From positions 1-58,314 of the IMG/VR virus record IMGVR_UViG_3300020043_001884: a stretch of DNA of 58,314 nt; one strand, 5' to 3'. The stretch is from a virus. Its lineage: Duplodnaviria; Caudoviricetes. Below, one piece after another: positions 36,244-45,953 of the stretch. Each line of letters opens with the position of its first letter. The first letter of the stretch is position 1. The notes beneath the pieces are model-generated. The model made no database searches, was not told where the DNA came from, and saw only the letters and a program-made list of their open reading frames with translations. A program made the position numbers and the translations under genes.

Positions 36244-37604
36244 TTAACAGCCTCCAATCGGAAATTTTTGCCGGGATGCAAGCCCTTTACAGGCAGGATT
36301 TGAATGTCTTTGTAGCCGACAGTCAAGCACAGATCAGTCAGCGTTTGAGGGGTGTAGCCCCAAAGGTGAGGGGATAACGCACCCTTCTCCTGAGTCTCAG
36401 GTGTCACATGGTCAACATACGCCCCGAACATACACATGGCAGTCGTGTGCTTCTCTGCCCCTGTTTGAGAAATGAAGTCCTTGCACAAGGCTTCCAGATC
36501 AGGGGTTTCCAGCACCAACTTGCCACCCTGTTTCAGTGTGTTAAACCACTTACCCAAGACTTCAGGCGCACGGTGTTGGGGGATATGCTCAATCACATGG
36601 CTTGCCATGATCTCATCAGCAATGCCTTCAGGCAAGTCCAATTTCATGATGTCTTGCTTGATGTCGGCGGCTTCGCCATACATATCCACGCCCATGTAGC
36701 CATCAATGCGGTCTTGCCCACAGCCCATGTTAAAGCGGATCGGCTGATTCTCTGCCTGCATCTGAGCAAGGATTGCTTTGTAGCCAGCAGAAGCACCTGT
36801 TCCCTCTGGCAGTCGGTCATGCCAGCGGCGGTCAATAAAGTCCTTATCGTCCAGCGTCAGGGGGCGGGTGGGCTTGATGTTGGTGTAGTATTTCTTGAGG
36901 TCAACAGAAGGGTGCGCCGTGTACATCCCTGTTGCCAAGTCCATGTGCAAGCACTGAACATCCGTGTTAACCAGCAGTTTCGTGCCCCGCTTATGCAGTC
37001 GATGGACAAAGAAGTTGTCTTCCCCAATAAAAGGAATCGTCCCCTTTGGGCCAGACACATTGTTACCAATACAGCAGAAGGGCAACTCAGGCTCTTCTTC
37101 TTTCATCTTTTTGAGCAGGCTGATGGGGATCATCATCACATCCATGCCTGTCTGCCAAGCGTCAATCAGTTGCCCGGGGTCTACATTGGGGATGGTAATC
37201 CAATCGCCATTACGAACCATGATCATGGCATCTGAACACTTGATGTAGTACACCCCAGTCACCACTGCATCAGGGTTCTCTTCACAGGTTTTGTGCAGGA
37301 TTTTGAAGGCATCATAGGGCAGAACAGTGTCTTCCCCGATGAACAGCAGATACTTGGCTCCTGACTCCAATGCCTGTTCAATCAGGTAGTTTCGAGCCAC
37401 ATCAACCTTTTCCCCGCCAATGTGAACAAACCCATGAGAGAAGCCCATCAGGTCAATGTGCAAGCCGTCATACCCATCAAAGTTCTGGGCGGCAGTTTCG
37501 TTCAAGTCTCGGCGTGGTTGTGCAATCAAAACATACGGCGCAATCGACTTGGACTCGTCATATATTTCTTGCATCAAGTTGATGATCTTTTCTCGGCTGT
37601 ACAT
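36240..37604 (-). CDS. GT-A glycosyltransferase / class I SAM methyltransferase fusion
   Basis: VDVARN, LLFIGEDT, GEDNFF, CLH (GT); NMGCG, VD, ASHVIEHI, LKQGG (MTase). Confidence 0.8.
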   Translation of the reverse strand: MYSREKIINLMQEIYDESKSIAPYVLIAQPRRDLNETAAQNFDGYDGLHIDLMGFSHGFVHIGGEKVDVARNYLIEQALESGAKYLLFIGEDTVLPYDAFKILHKTCEENPDAVVTGVYYIKCSDAMIMVRNGDWITIPNVDPGQLIDAWQTGMDVMMIPISLLKKMKEEEPELPFCCIGNNVSGPKGTIPFIGEDNFFVHRLHKRGTKLLVNTDVQCLHMDLATGMYTAHPSVDLKKYYTNIKPTRPLTLDDKDFIDRRWHDRLPEGTGASAGYKAILAQMQAENQPIRFNMGCGQDRIDGYMGVDMYGEAADIKQDIMKLDLPEGIADEIMASHVIEHIPQHRAPEVLGKWFNTLKQGGKLVLETPDLEALCKDFISQTGAEKHTTAMCMFGAYVDHVTPETQEKGALSPHLWGYTPQTLTDLCLTVGYKDIQILPVKGLHPGKNFRLEAVK

Positions 37605-37613
37605 CTGTTCTCC

Positions 37614-38990
37614 TCAGAATTTGTTAAAGAATGGAGACAGAGCATAACCGATGTTTTGCGGAACGCCAGTGGAAATTTTTTGACCTACAGCGCCGCCATA
37701 TGGAATAAATGTGATTGATCCATCTGGCGAAAGAACTCCCCCAGCATAGGTATTACTTCCAGTGTAAACAAGAGAATATGTAGAAACAACTCCAGTGGCT
37801 GAAATTTTTTGCCCTACTGGTGAACTTGTTGGAACAAAATGGATGTCGCCATTAGGCGCAAGAACACCACCTCGGTATTCAGTGAGAGATGTATATGCTA
37901 ATGAATATGTAGATACTACTCCAGCAGAAGATATTTTTTGACCTACAGACGCTCTATTTGGAATAAAATGAAGATCGCCAGTAGGAGACAAAACGCCGCC
38001 GTTATATGCCTCTACTGTTGTATAAATAAGTGAATATGTTGAAACCACTCCAGCCGCAGATATTTTTTGCCCAACTACTGCGGAAGCAGGAACAAAATGA
38101 ATGTCGCCGTTAGAAGCCAAAACACCACCTTGATAAGCAATTGATTTCGTGTAAACCAGTGAATATGTTGAAACCACTCCTGCGGATGATATTTTTTGTC
38201 CTCTGTTGGCGTTATACGGAACAAAATGAATGTCTCCATTGGGGGCAAGAACGCCACCAAAATATGAATTAACTTCTGTATAAAGCAAAGAGTATGTAGA
38301 TACAACTCCAGAGGCTGATATTTTTTGTCCCGGAGTGCCGATAAAAGAAATAAAGTGAATATCCCCATTAGATGCAAGTACGCCGCCCGAATATGCATTG
38401 GTTGTTGTGTACACAAGAGAATATGTGCTGACTACTCCAGAAGCAGAAATTTTCTGTCCTCTATTTGCTCTGTGAGGAACAAAATGTATGTCCCCATTAG
38501 AGGCTAAAACACCACCATAATACGCTAATGATGCTGTATAAACCAAACTGAAAGTGCTGATCACTCCATTCGTGCTGTTATTTGAATACGGCACACCATT
38601 GATCACGCCAGCATCAAGGTACTTTTTCAGGTTTGTCCAAGCAACCAAATCAGTCCCGACACTTGAGTTGTCAGCCGTTGGCACTTGCCCTTCAGTCGCA
38701 TCAGCGGGGTAGGTACAGAACACATCCTTGCTACCAGCCCCCCAGTTCACAGCGTTGTTGGAGTTGGATGATTCAAGGATAGTTGTTCTGGCAAGAGTTG
38801 TTCCAGAGGCAGTGTAAGTGCCAACCCCAATCTCCCAATCCGTTCCGTTTGTGGCGCAGTAGTAAGTTGTGTTGCCATCGCCAATGACAGAGAAAGACTG
38901 AAACCCTGCCACTGCCGATCCAAGCGTGTATGTCCCAGTGCCAGTCGTTGTGCTGGTCACTTTGACACGATCTTTGACTACGAATGCCAT
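37614..38990 (-). CDS. tail-associated repeat protein, paralog 3 (7 x 43-aa repeats)
   Basis: N-terminal [15 protein letters not shown] virion-anchor domain; [29 protein letters not shown] repeats. Confidence 0.8.
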   Translation of the reverse strand: MAFVVKDRVKVTSTTTGTGTYTLGSAVAGFQSFSVIGDGNTTYYCATNGTDWEIGVGTYTASGTTLARTTILESSNSNNAVNWGAGSKDVFCTYPADATEGQVPTADNSSVGTDLVAWTNLKKYLDAGVINGVPYSNNSTNGVISTFSLVYTASLAYYGGVLASNGDIHFVPHRANRGQKISASGVVSTYSLVYTTTNAYSGGVLASNGDIHFISFIGTPGQKISASGVVSTYSLLYTEVNSYFGGVLAPNGDIHFVPYNANRGQKISSAGVVSTYSLVYTKSIAYQGGVLASNGDIHFVPASAVVGQKISAAGVVSTYSLIYTTVEAYNGGVLSPTGDLHFIPNRASVGQKISSAGVVSTYSLAYTSLTEYRGGVLAPNGDIHFVPTSSPVGQKISATGVVSTYSLVYTGSNTYAGGVLSPDGSITFIPYGGAVGQKISTGVPQNIGYALSPFFNKF

Positions 38991-39001
38991 GTTTCAGTCC
39001 T

Positions 39002-40384
39002 TCAGAATTTGTTCAGGTAACTGCTCAAGCAGACATCTGATGGAAATGGTAGTGCAGAACAGGTAGAGATTTTTTGTCCAACAGATGCCCAATGAGGGAT
39101 AAAATTAATATCGCCATTAGGAGAAAGAACTCCTCCTAAATAAGCTGTTGCAGTCGTGTAAACCAGTGAGTATGTAGACACAACACCACTCGCAGAAATT
39201 TTTTGACCTCTGTTTGCGTTATATGGGACAAAATGAATGTCCCCATTTGGGGCTAAAACGCCACCAAAATAAGCACTTGTTGTTGTGTAAACCAGAGAAT
39301 ATGTGGAAACAACTCCAGCAGCAGATATTTTTTGCCCAACTACTGCGCTACCCGAAACAAAGTGAATGTCGCCGTTGGGGGCAATAACGCCTCCACGATA
39401 AGCAGAAGTTGTTGTGTAGACAAGAGAATAAGTTGAAACCACCCCAGATGTGTTTATTTTTTGCCCGACTGTTGCGTTTGTTGGAATAAAGTGAATATCT
39501 CCATTAGGCGAAAGTACGCCTCCGTTGTAAGCAGAAGTTGTTGTGTACACCAAAGAATAGGTGGACACTACACCTGCGGCAGAGATCTTTTGACCTCTGT
39601 TTGCAGAGCGAGGAATAAAATGAATATCGCCGTTTGGAGCCAAAATGCCGCCAACATATGCACCTGCACTAGCCGTATAAACAAGTGAATATGTAGACAC
39701 AATACCAGAGGCTGAAATTTTTTGGCCAACTGAAGCAACATAAGGGACAAAGTGTATGTCGCCATTTGAAGTTAACACTCCACCTTGATAAGCATTTGTT
39801 GTTGTGTAGACCAGTGAATATGTAGAAACAACCCCACTTGCAGAAATTTTTTGACCAACTGGCGTGTCAATTGGAACAAAATGAATATCTCCATTTTGCG
39901 CTAAAACACCCCCAGCATATGTGCCCAAGCCTGTATATACCAAACTGTAAGTGCTGATCACTCCGTTCGTGCCGTTGTTTTTGAATGCAACCCCAGCATT
40001 CACGCTCTTTTGCAGTTTCTTTTGGAAATTGTCAAACGCAACCCCATCCGTGCCAATACTGCTGTTGTCAGCCGTGGCATCCGTTCCCTGCACATTCTCT
40101 GCGGGTTGAGGGATAAATACACTACTTGATCCAGACAGGCTCACCAGCGCATTGCTGTTGCTTGATGCCAGCACATAGTCACGGCTCAGGGTCGTTCCAG
40201 ACGCTGTGTATGTCCCAATACCCACTTCCCAGTTTGTGCCGTTCACAATGGTGTAGTAGGTCTGGTTGCCATCACCCACGCCCGAGAAGTCGGCGTAACC
40301 AGAAACAGCCGATCCAAGGGTCAGTGTGCCCGTCCCTGCTGTGGTCGTTGTGACTTGAACTCGGTCTTTTAGTACAAATGCCAT
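39002..40384 (-). CDS. tail-associated repeat protein, paralog 2 (7 repeats)
   Basis: Same architecture. Confidence 0.8.
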   Translation of the reverse strand: MAFVLKDRVQVTTTTAGTGTLTLGSAVSGYADFSGVGDGNQTYYTIVNGTNWEVGIGTYTASGTTLSRDYVLASSNSNALVSLSGSSSVFIPQPAENVQGTDATADNSSIGTDGVAFDNFQKKLQKSVNAGVAFKNNGTNGVISTYSLVYTGLGTYAGGVLAQNGDIHFVPIDTPVGQKISASGVVSTYSLVYTTTNAYQGGVLTSNGDIHFVPYVASVGQKISASGIVSTYSLVYTASAGAYVGGILAPNGDIHFIPRSANRGQKISAAGVVSTYSLVYTTTSAYNGGVLSPNGDIHFIPTNATVGQKINTSGVVSTYSLVYTTTSAYRGGVIAPNGDIHFVSGSAVVGQKISAAGVVSTYSLVYTTTSAYFGGVLAPNGDIHFVPYNANRGQKISASGVVSTYSLVYTTATAYLGGVLSPNGDINFIPHWASVGQKISTCSALPFPSDVCLSSYLNKF

Positions 40385-40386
40385 GA

Positions 40387-41766
40387 TCAGAACTTATTCA
40401 AGAATGAACCCAAGCATACGCCGAGTCCAAGGGGTTGACCGGGGTTGGTAGAAATTTTTTGCCCTCTGACGGCGCTGTACGGAATAAAGGTAATTGAGCC
40501 ATCTGGAGAAAGAATGCCCCCAATATACGCATCAGTTGTTGTGTAAACAAGGGAATATGTAGAAACAACGCCAGCGGCAGATATTTTTTGTCCTCTTGTG
40601 GCTCTGCCAGGAACAAAATGAATGTCTCCATTGGGAGCCAAAACACCGCCTTGATAGGCAAGCGCTGTTGTATAAACCAATGAATAAGTAGACACAACCC
40701 CAGATGCTGATATTTTTTGACCCCTGTTTGCAGAAAGAGGTATAAAGTGAATATCCCCATTAGGGGCTAATATTCCACCAGCATATGCGTTGGAGGCCGT
40801 GTAAACCAGTGAATAGGTAGATACAACTCCAGCAGCAGATATTTTTTGACCTACTGAGGCGGAAACAGGAACAAAATGAATGTCACCGTTAGTTGCAAGA
40901 ACCCCGCCAGAATATGCAGGGTTTTGTGTATAAACAAGAGAATATGTAGAAACGACACCCGCCGCAGAAACTTTTTGCCCCCTTTGTGCGCCGTTTGGAA
41001 TAAAATGAATATCTCCGTTGGGCGCAATAACGCCGCCACGATAACCAACTGTAGTTGTATAAACTAGAGAATATGTAGAAACCACGCCAGATGCCGAAAT
41101 TTTTTGGCCTACTTGTGCGCTGTTTGGAATAAAATGAATGTCGCCGTTTGGGGCTAAAACACCTCCAGTATATACGCCTGCTGTATAAACAAGAGAGTAT
41201 GTAGAAACCACTCCAGCAGAAGAAACTTTTTGTCCTCTATTTCCAACGTACGGTACAAAATGAATGTCTCCGTTTGGCGCAAGAACTCCTCCAGCATAAG
41301 CACCAGTTGTTGTATAAACCAAACTAAAAGTGCTGACCACCCCATTTGTATTGTTGTTCCCAAACAGTGTGCCGCCCTGCACCCCTTGGTTCAGTGCTGA
41401 CTGGAATGCCGCAAAACCAGCCAAGTCTGTGCCAATCTCCGATCCGTCCGATGAGGGAATGGCGTTATTGGCGGCGGCTGAAGGCATGACGCACAGGGCA
41501 TCCTTTGTCCCTGCGCCCCAGTTGACTGCGGCTCCGCTGTTGCTCGACCCAAGAATCTGATCACGGCTCAGAGTCGTACCGCTGGAAGTGTAGGTTCCAA
41601 TACCCACTTCCCAGTCGGTCGTGCCCTTGACCAAGTAATAGGTCTGGTTTCCGTCACCGATGGCTGAGAAAGCCTGATAACCTGCGGCGGCAGTTCCAAG
41701 CGTGTATGTCCCCGTCCCAGTGGTCGTGGTCGTGGACTTAACCCTGTTTTTGAGGACGAGTGGCAT
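40387..41766 (-). CDS. tail-associated repeat protein, paralog 1 (7 repeats)
   Basis: Same architecture. Confidence 0.8.
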   Translation of the reverse strand: MPLVLKNRVKSTTTTTGTGTYTLGTAAAGYQAFSAIGDGNQTYYLVKGTTDWEVGIGTYTSSGTTLSRDQILGSSNSGAAVNWGAGTKDALCVMPSAAANNAIPSSDGSEIGTDLAGFAAFQSALNQGVQGGTLFGNNNTNGVVSTFSLVYTTTGAYAGGVLAPNGDIHFVPYVGNRGQKVSSAGVVSTYSLVYTAGVYTGGVLAPNGDIHFIPNSAQVGQKISASGVVSTYSLVYTTTVGYRGGVIAPNGDIHFIPNGAQRGQKVSAAGVVSTYSLVYTQNPAYSGGVLATNGDIHFVPVSASVGQKISAAGVVSTYSLVYTASNAYAGGILAPNGDIHFIPLSANRGQKISASGVVSTYSLVYTTALAYQGGVLAPNGDIHFVPGRATRGQKISAAGVVSTYSLVYTTTDAYIGGILSPDGSITFIPYSAVRGQKISTNPGQPLGLGVCLGSFLNKF

Positions 41767-42509
41767 TACGACACATTCCCAGTGATGACACAGACAGTTC
41801 CAGAGACAAACAAGATGTTTGCCACACCACGGGTTGCCAGCGATACCGTTGCCTTGTCTGAGTCAGTGCCAGCAATGTAGGCAGTGGTAATCGTGCAAGT
41901 AATTGTGATTGAACCTGTCGTGTTGTTGAAGATCAAAACCGCATCCCCCGAAGAGAATGTAGCGTCTGGAATGGTGATTGAGCCGCCAGTGCCCACGCCA
42001 ACAACCCGGCCAACATCAGCCGGGGTTATTGAATAGGAAGTTGTTTTGTCAGTCACATACGGGATGTTTAAAAATCCGCTTGCAACCTTAACAAAATCAC
42101 TTCCATTCCACGCAACAACAGCACGCTCAGAAGGATTGACGGTAACACCCGTTGTTGGGCCGGCGCCAACAAGCTTTACCTGCTGATTGGTAGATGTTGC
42201 GTTGACTATGATGTAAGTTTTGCTGGTGGCCGGTGCCGTGATCGTCAGCAAACTTGCTGGGTTTCCCGTGCAGTTGATGATTTGGTACTGAGAAGAACCT
42301 GTAGAGCCTGAGGCAACTTGGGTCAATGCACTACCATTCGTTGTCGAAAGCGTGACTGTTGTTTGGTTTCCGCTGATAGTCTGCGCTCCGGCAACCGAGG
42401 CATCTACGTATTCGGTGATGTAATCGTTGACAGTATCACCCCAGGTGCCGTCTAGTTCACCAGTAACTGGAAGCGCCAGCCCAAGCAAAGATGTGTATGC
42501 TGTTGTCAT
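41766..42509 (-). CDS. tail fibre / fibre adaptor protein
   Basis: LGLALPVTGELDGTWGDTVN N-terminus, WNGSDF. Confidence 0.7.
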   Translation of the reverse strand: MTTAYTSLLGLALPVTGELDGTWGDTVNDYITEYVDASVAGAQTISGNQTTVTLSTTNGSALTQVASGSTGSSQYQIINCTGNPASLLTITAPATSKTYIIVNATSTNQQVKLVGAGPTTGVTVNPSERAVVAWNGSDFVKVASGFLNIPYVTDKTTSYSITPADVGRVVGVGTGGSITIPDATFSSGDAVLIFNNTTGSITITCTITTAYIAGTDSDKATVSLATRGVANILFVSGTVCVITGNVS

Positions 42510-42520
42510 TCAAGACCCCT

Positions 42521-43360
42521 TTATGTGTCAATCACAGTCCACCCAGCATTCTGGGTATCATCAATCAAAGTCCAGTTTGCCGCCTGCGTGTTACTGATAT
42601 TTTGCCAGTTTGCACTCTGGCTGTCATCAATAATCTCCCAGTACAACTGCTGCAAAACGGCGTCTTGAGCCGTAGCAGTTTCCAGCAAAATCCCAATAAA
42701 GTTTGCCGCCGCCGAATCTGCGTCAGAGGCTATTGCCGTTTCAGCAACAGAAATGCCGTAATTTGGCGTCGAAGCAACTATATCCCCTCCAGACGCCAAC
42801 TCGGTTATTTGTGCATCAAAAAGCAAAATTACCGAAATTGTGTCAGAGCCAGAGGCCGACTCTTCAATCACACTTACAAAAGTAAATGCCGATGCAGTTT
42901 CATCTGCGCCCGTGGAAGTCTCAGAAACAGATACTACAAATGTTGGCGTTGAAGAAATTTGGTCAGATGCTGTTCCCAACTCGGAAACGGCAGCCCCATA
43001 GGTTGGCGTTGAGGATGTTTGATCTGCGCCGGTAGCACTTTCCAAAACGCTAGAAAATGGTTGAAAACTTGCCTGCGTGGCGTCTGAGCCAGAGCTTGTT
43101 TCAAAAATTGAAGCCCCAACAGAAACCAAAGAGCTGACCGAATCCGATCCTGTTCCATTCTCCGTGATCACCACGCCCAGCGCAGCAAGTGCAGAAATAG
43201 CATCAGAACCAGTGGCCGACTCTACTACCGATCTGGAAATTATTTGGATAGAAGCAGTGCTATCGGCTCCTGTAGAAGATTCAGATGCCGAGCGGTCGTA
43301 GACTGAGCGACCCCAGCCTGCCTGCCCCCAAGCACCTGAACCCCACCCGCCCTCGGCCAT
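42521..43360 (-). CDS. Ser/Thr-rich repetitive structural protein
   Basis: WG repeats at N-terminus, ~19-aa ESATGSD repeats, W..I.D.Q repeats at C-terminus. Confidence 0.7.
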   Translation of the reverse strand: MAEGGWGSGAWGQAGWGRSVYDRSASESSTGADSTASIQIISRSVVESATGSDAISALAALGVVITENGTGSDSVSSLVSVGASIFETSSGSDATQASFQPFSSVLESATGADQTSSTPTYGAAVSELGTASDQISSTPTFVVSVSETSTGADETASAFTFVSVIEESASGSDTISVILLFDAQITELASGGDIVASTPNYGISVAETAIASDADSAAANFIGILLETATAQDAVLQQLYWEIIDDSQSANWQNISNTQAANWTLIDDTQNAGWTVIDT

Positions 43361-43369
43361 GGTTCATCC

Positions 43370-43948
43370 TTATGCCGAGAGGCTGAATGTGTACGTTACA
43401 GAAAGAATGTCACCAGAAACAACTGAACGATCACCGGGGGCTTGAAAATCAGCGGCAGAAAACAGTGTCCCCGTGGTTCCACCCTTTGTGTTGTTGCTGG
43501 TCAAAAACGCCCCACCCACAGTAACCGTGTTGTTCATAGTGAACGTGGCTTTGCTGGCAGTGTTGGTAACAACAGAAGGGTTTGCATTTGTCGCCGCTGC
43601 AAAAGTAGCAGCGGGGCGAGTAGATTCACTGTAATCAGTTACCTCAGTCCAGCCACCATGAGAACTCATAGAGTCGCCAGCAGCAGGATTGTTGCTCGAC
43701 GCTGCCCCGTATATCCCCAGATACCAAGATGTAATCTGCGACGTAGATGTCAAAGCTGTACCGGCCATGTACTGAAGACCTACGTTGACCACCAGATTGG
43801 GTGTCTCGGCTACCCACTTTAGATTGCCATCTTTGTCGTGGCATTCCACAACATATTTTCCTGTGGCACGTGCGCCCTCAGAAGAGCCAGTGTTAGCAAT
43901 TAGACCACCAGAAATTTGGTCTTTTGCTTTGAGTTTTTCCGTGGTCAT
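43370..43948 (-). CDS. virion structural protein
   Basis: DGNLKW, NLVVNVG, GTLFSA; position. Confidence 0.7.
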   Translation of the reverse strand: MTTEKLKAKDQISGGLIANTGSSEGARATGKYVVECHDKDGNLKWVAETPNLVVNVGLQYMAGTALTSTSQITSWYLGIYGAASSNNPAAGDSMSSHGGWTEVTDYSESTRPAATFAAATNANPSVVTNTASKATFTMNNTVTVGGAFLTSNNTKGGTTGTLFSAADFQAPGDRSVVSGDILSVTYTFSLSA

Positions 43949-43957
43949 GGTTGCTCC

Positions 43958-44383
43958 TTATACAAGTCGAATGAGCGCAGATGTGCTGGTGTTGGCTGGC
44001 ATCTGCACAGTAAAAGTTGAAGAAGATGTTTTGTCGTTTCCAAAATCAAGCACACACACCGCGCCGTTATCTCCAGGCGTATAAATCAATGCACCACGTG
44101 CCGTGATCACACCTGTCCAAGACGGCGAAGAAAAGTTGATATAGGTTGTGCTACCGCTTGATGTTGCTTCTGTAGATACCGTAGCCGTTACAACTTCTCC
44201 ACCGGCCACATAATCCCCGCCTGAAGCCTCACCATCAGTGGTGTAAGCCGTAGTTTGGGCATTTAAAGTAGCTGTGTTGGTGTACAACGCCAAATAGAAA
44301 GTATCCGTGGCAAAGTTAATCGTGCCGTCAACCAAGCCAGATCGAAGTGTGTTACAAGAAAAATTTCCTGTGAAAGCCATCAA
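43958..44383 (-). CDS. virion structural protein
   Basis: FYLALYT, ARGALIY, VLDFGNDKT. Confidence 0.7.
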   Translation of the reverse strand: MMAFTGNFSCNTLRSGLVDGTINFATDTFYLALYTNTATLNAQTTAYTTDGEASGGDYVAGGEVVTATVSTEATSSGSTTYINFSSPSWTGVITARGALIYTPGDNGAVCVLDFGNDKTSSSTFTVQMPANTSTSALIRLV

Positions 44384-45075
44384 GCAACCCCACTATTTTG
44401 CGGCAAAGGCGGCGCACGGAACTGGCCACTGCGGTACGCATCGCTGCGCTCCAGCCCATCGCCAAGACGCTTGGCCAACGACAACGCTTCCATGTACTTC
44501 TGGTTGTAGAAGGCCATGATGTCTTGCTCACCCTTCATGTAGGTGTAAGCCTCGACTAACGAGCCGTACAACAGCACCGTATCAAAGTTGTCTCCCAGCC
44601 AAGTTTGGCCATCAGGCGCAACAGTGATTGACTCGGGATAGTAGTAATAGTGCAACTCAACTCCGTATGCCGCATCAGGAGTTGGACCAAGAATAAGACT
44701 CAACTCATCTGACACGGTAGTGCCACTTACATACGGGCCAAACAGTGCATAGTATCTGGGAATACCTGTGTCTGTTGTTGGATTTGGATATGCTTGACGA
44801 ATGAAGTTAACGTCTTTGTTAAGCAAATATTCATATGCACCAGTGCCATCAATCACCGCCAAAGAGTATGGCGCTAAAAAATCACTGGGCGCTTGAAGAT
44901 ACTTGTTGCCAGACGTTGTAGTACCCGTCACGTTTTTACGTAATGATGGAAACTGCACCGAGTTATAGATGCGCTGCTCCGCCTGTGTAACAAACACAGG
45001 AATCTGCGCCACGAAATCGGAACTGATGTTTTCCGTGTACGCCTGAATCGCATCACTTAACTGGGTGTAATTCAT
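44380..45075 (-). CDS. head-tail adaptor (tail tubular A-like)
   Basis: MNYTQL..AIQAY, PRYYA, GPTPD, LLYGSLVEAY. Confidence 0.7.
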   Translation of the reverse strand: MNYTQLSDAIQAYTENISSDFVAQIPVFVTQAEQRIYNSVQFPSLRKNVTGTTTSGNKYLQAPSDFLAPYSLAVIDGTGAYEYLLNKDVNFIRQAYPNPTTDTGIPRYYALFGPYVSGTTVSDELSLILGPTPDAAYGVELHYYYYPESITVAPDGQTWLGDNFDTVLLYGSLVEAYTYMKGEQDIMAFYNQKYMEALSLAKRLGDGLERSDAYRSGQFRAPPLPQNSGVA

Positions 45076-45083
45076 CTATCACC

Positions 45084-45347
45084 TCAACCCATTGGCCCGC
45101 GCGCCATCACGCCTTTGGTCGCAGCGCCAGTGCCGCGAATCTTGATGCCTGTGGTTTTTTCAGCGGGAAAATTACCTTTGCTAATTCCGCCAACAGACAT
45201 ATTCATTTCATTCATGCACTCAGCACCAGTCTTTTTGGACACGGCAGAGTTAATGTTGAATTTTTCACCTTTCATAGTGTGCGGCTGGGCATAAATGCCA
45301 GCATCACCTACTTCTTTGCCCATCATTTTTGCGCTGTACTTAGCCAT
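45084..45347 (-). CDS. small basic protein
   Basis: C-terminal IRGTGAATKG motif. Confidence 0.7.
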   Translation of the reverse strand: MAKYSAKMMGKEVGDAGIYAQPHTMKGEKFNINSAVSKKTGAECMNEMNMSVGGISKGNFPAEKTTGIKIRGTGAATKGVMARGPMG

Positions 45348-45508
45348 TATTTGCTCCGCGATTTTTGGTTCATGGCGCGAGCCAAATTACGACCATACTT
45401 CTTCATCTCCAAAGAAGTAACGCCGCCCTTTTTCATGCCTTTGTGCATACGCTTTTCGTGCGCTTTCACTTCCTTGTCGGCAATCGCCTTGACTTCCTTT
45501 TTGTCCAT
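45347..45508 (-). CDS. 53-aa basic protein
   Basis: MDKKEVKAIADKEVKAHEKRMHKGMKKGGVTSLEMKKYGRNLARAMNQKSRSK; AAGGAG RBS. Confidence 0.7.
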   Translation of the reverse strand: MDKKEVKAIADKEVKAHEKRMHKGMKKGGVTSLEMKKYGRNLARAMNQKSRSK

Positions 45509-45518
45509 GTTCGACTCC

Positions 45519-45950
45519 TTACGTCGTTGTTACCGTGATTGTGCCTAAATTTACCGTCAAAACCAAGTTGTTTGGCGTCAATCCGGCATCATTTAACCGA
45601 GAGCCACCAACCGGGTTCCAACCCCACTGAAAGATTCGACTACCAGCCTCTGGCGTGCCCACAGCATCTGGCCCTGTACCGCCATTAAGTTCAATCTGCA
45701 ACCCGCTAGTTCCAGACAACTGGTAACTGACATCAGGCCGTGGTTCACGCACAGCCTGGGGGTCATATACAGGGTACATACCCAACTGCAACTGCGGCTG
45801 GTCAGGTTCCCAACACTCAGGGCAAACCAGAATACTGACCTGTTTGGTCTTAATAGTCAGTTTACGCAGCTGCTTGAGCATGTACCGTTGGGCACAACGG
45901 TCACACTCCGCAATTGAGTATTTGCCTGATGCGTACTTAGGACCGGCCAT
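45519..45950 (-). CDS. CxxC zinc-binding virion-module protein
   Basis: CDRC...CPECWEPDQPQ...DPQAVREPRPD. Confidence 0.7.
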   Translation of the reverse strand: MAGPKYASGKYSIAECDRCAQRYMLKQLRKLTIKTKQVSILVCPECWEPDQPQLQLGMYPVYDPQAVREPRPDVSYQLSGTSGLQIELNGGTGPDAVGTPEAGSRIFQWGWNPVGGSRLNDAGLTPNNLVLTVNLGTITVTTT

Positions 45951-45953
45951 GAA

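Noticed and set aside
37614-41766. Diversity-generating retroelement or CRISPR array explaining the repeats
   Set aside because: No reverse transcriptase in the window, no non-coding template repeat, differences are not adenine-specific, and the repeats are in-frame coding with synonymous divergence.
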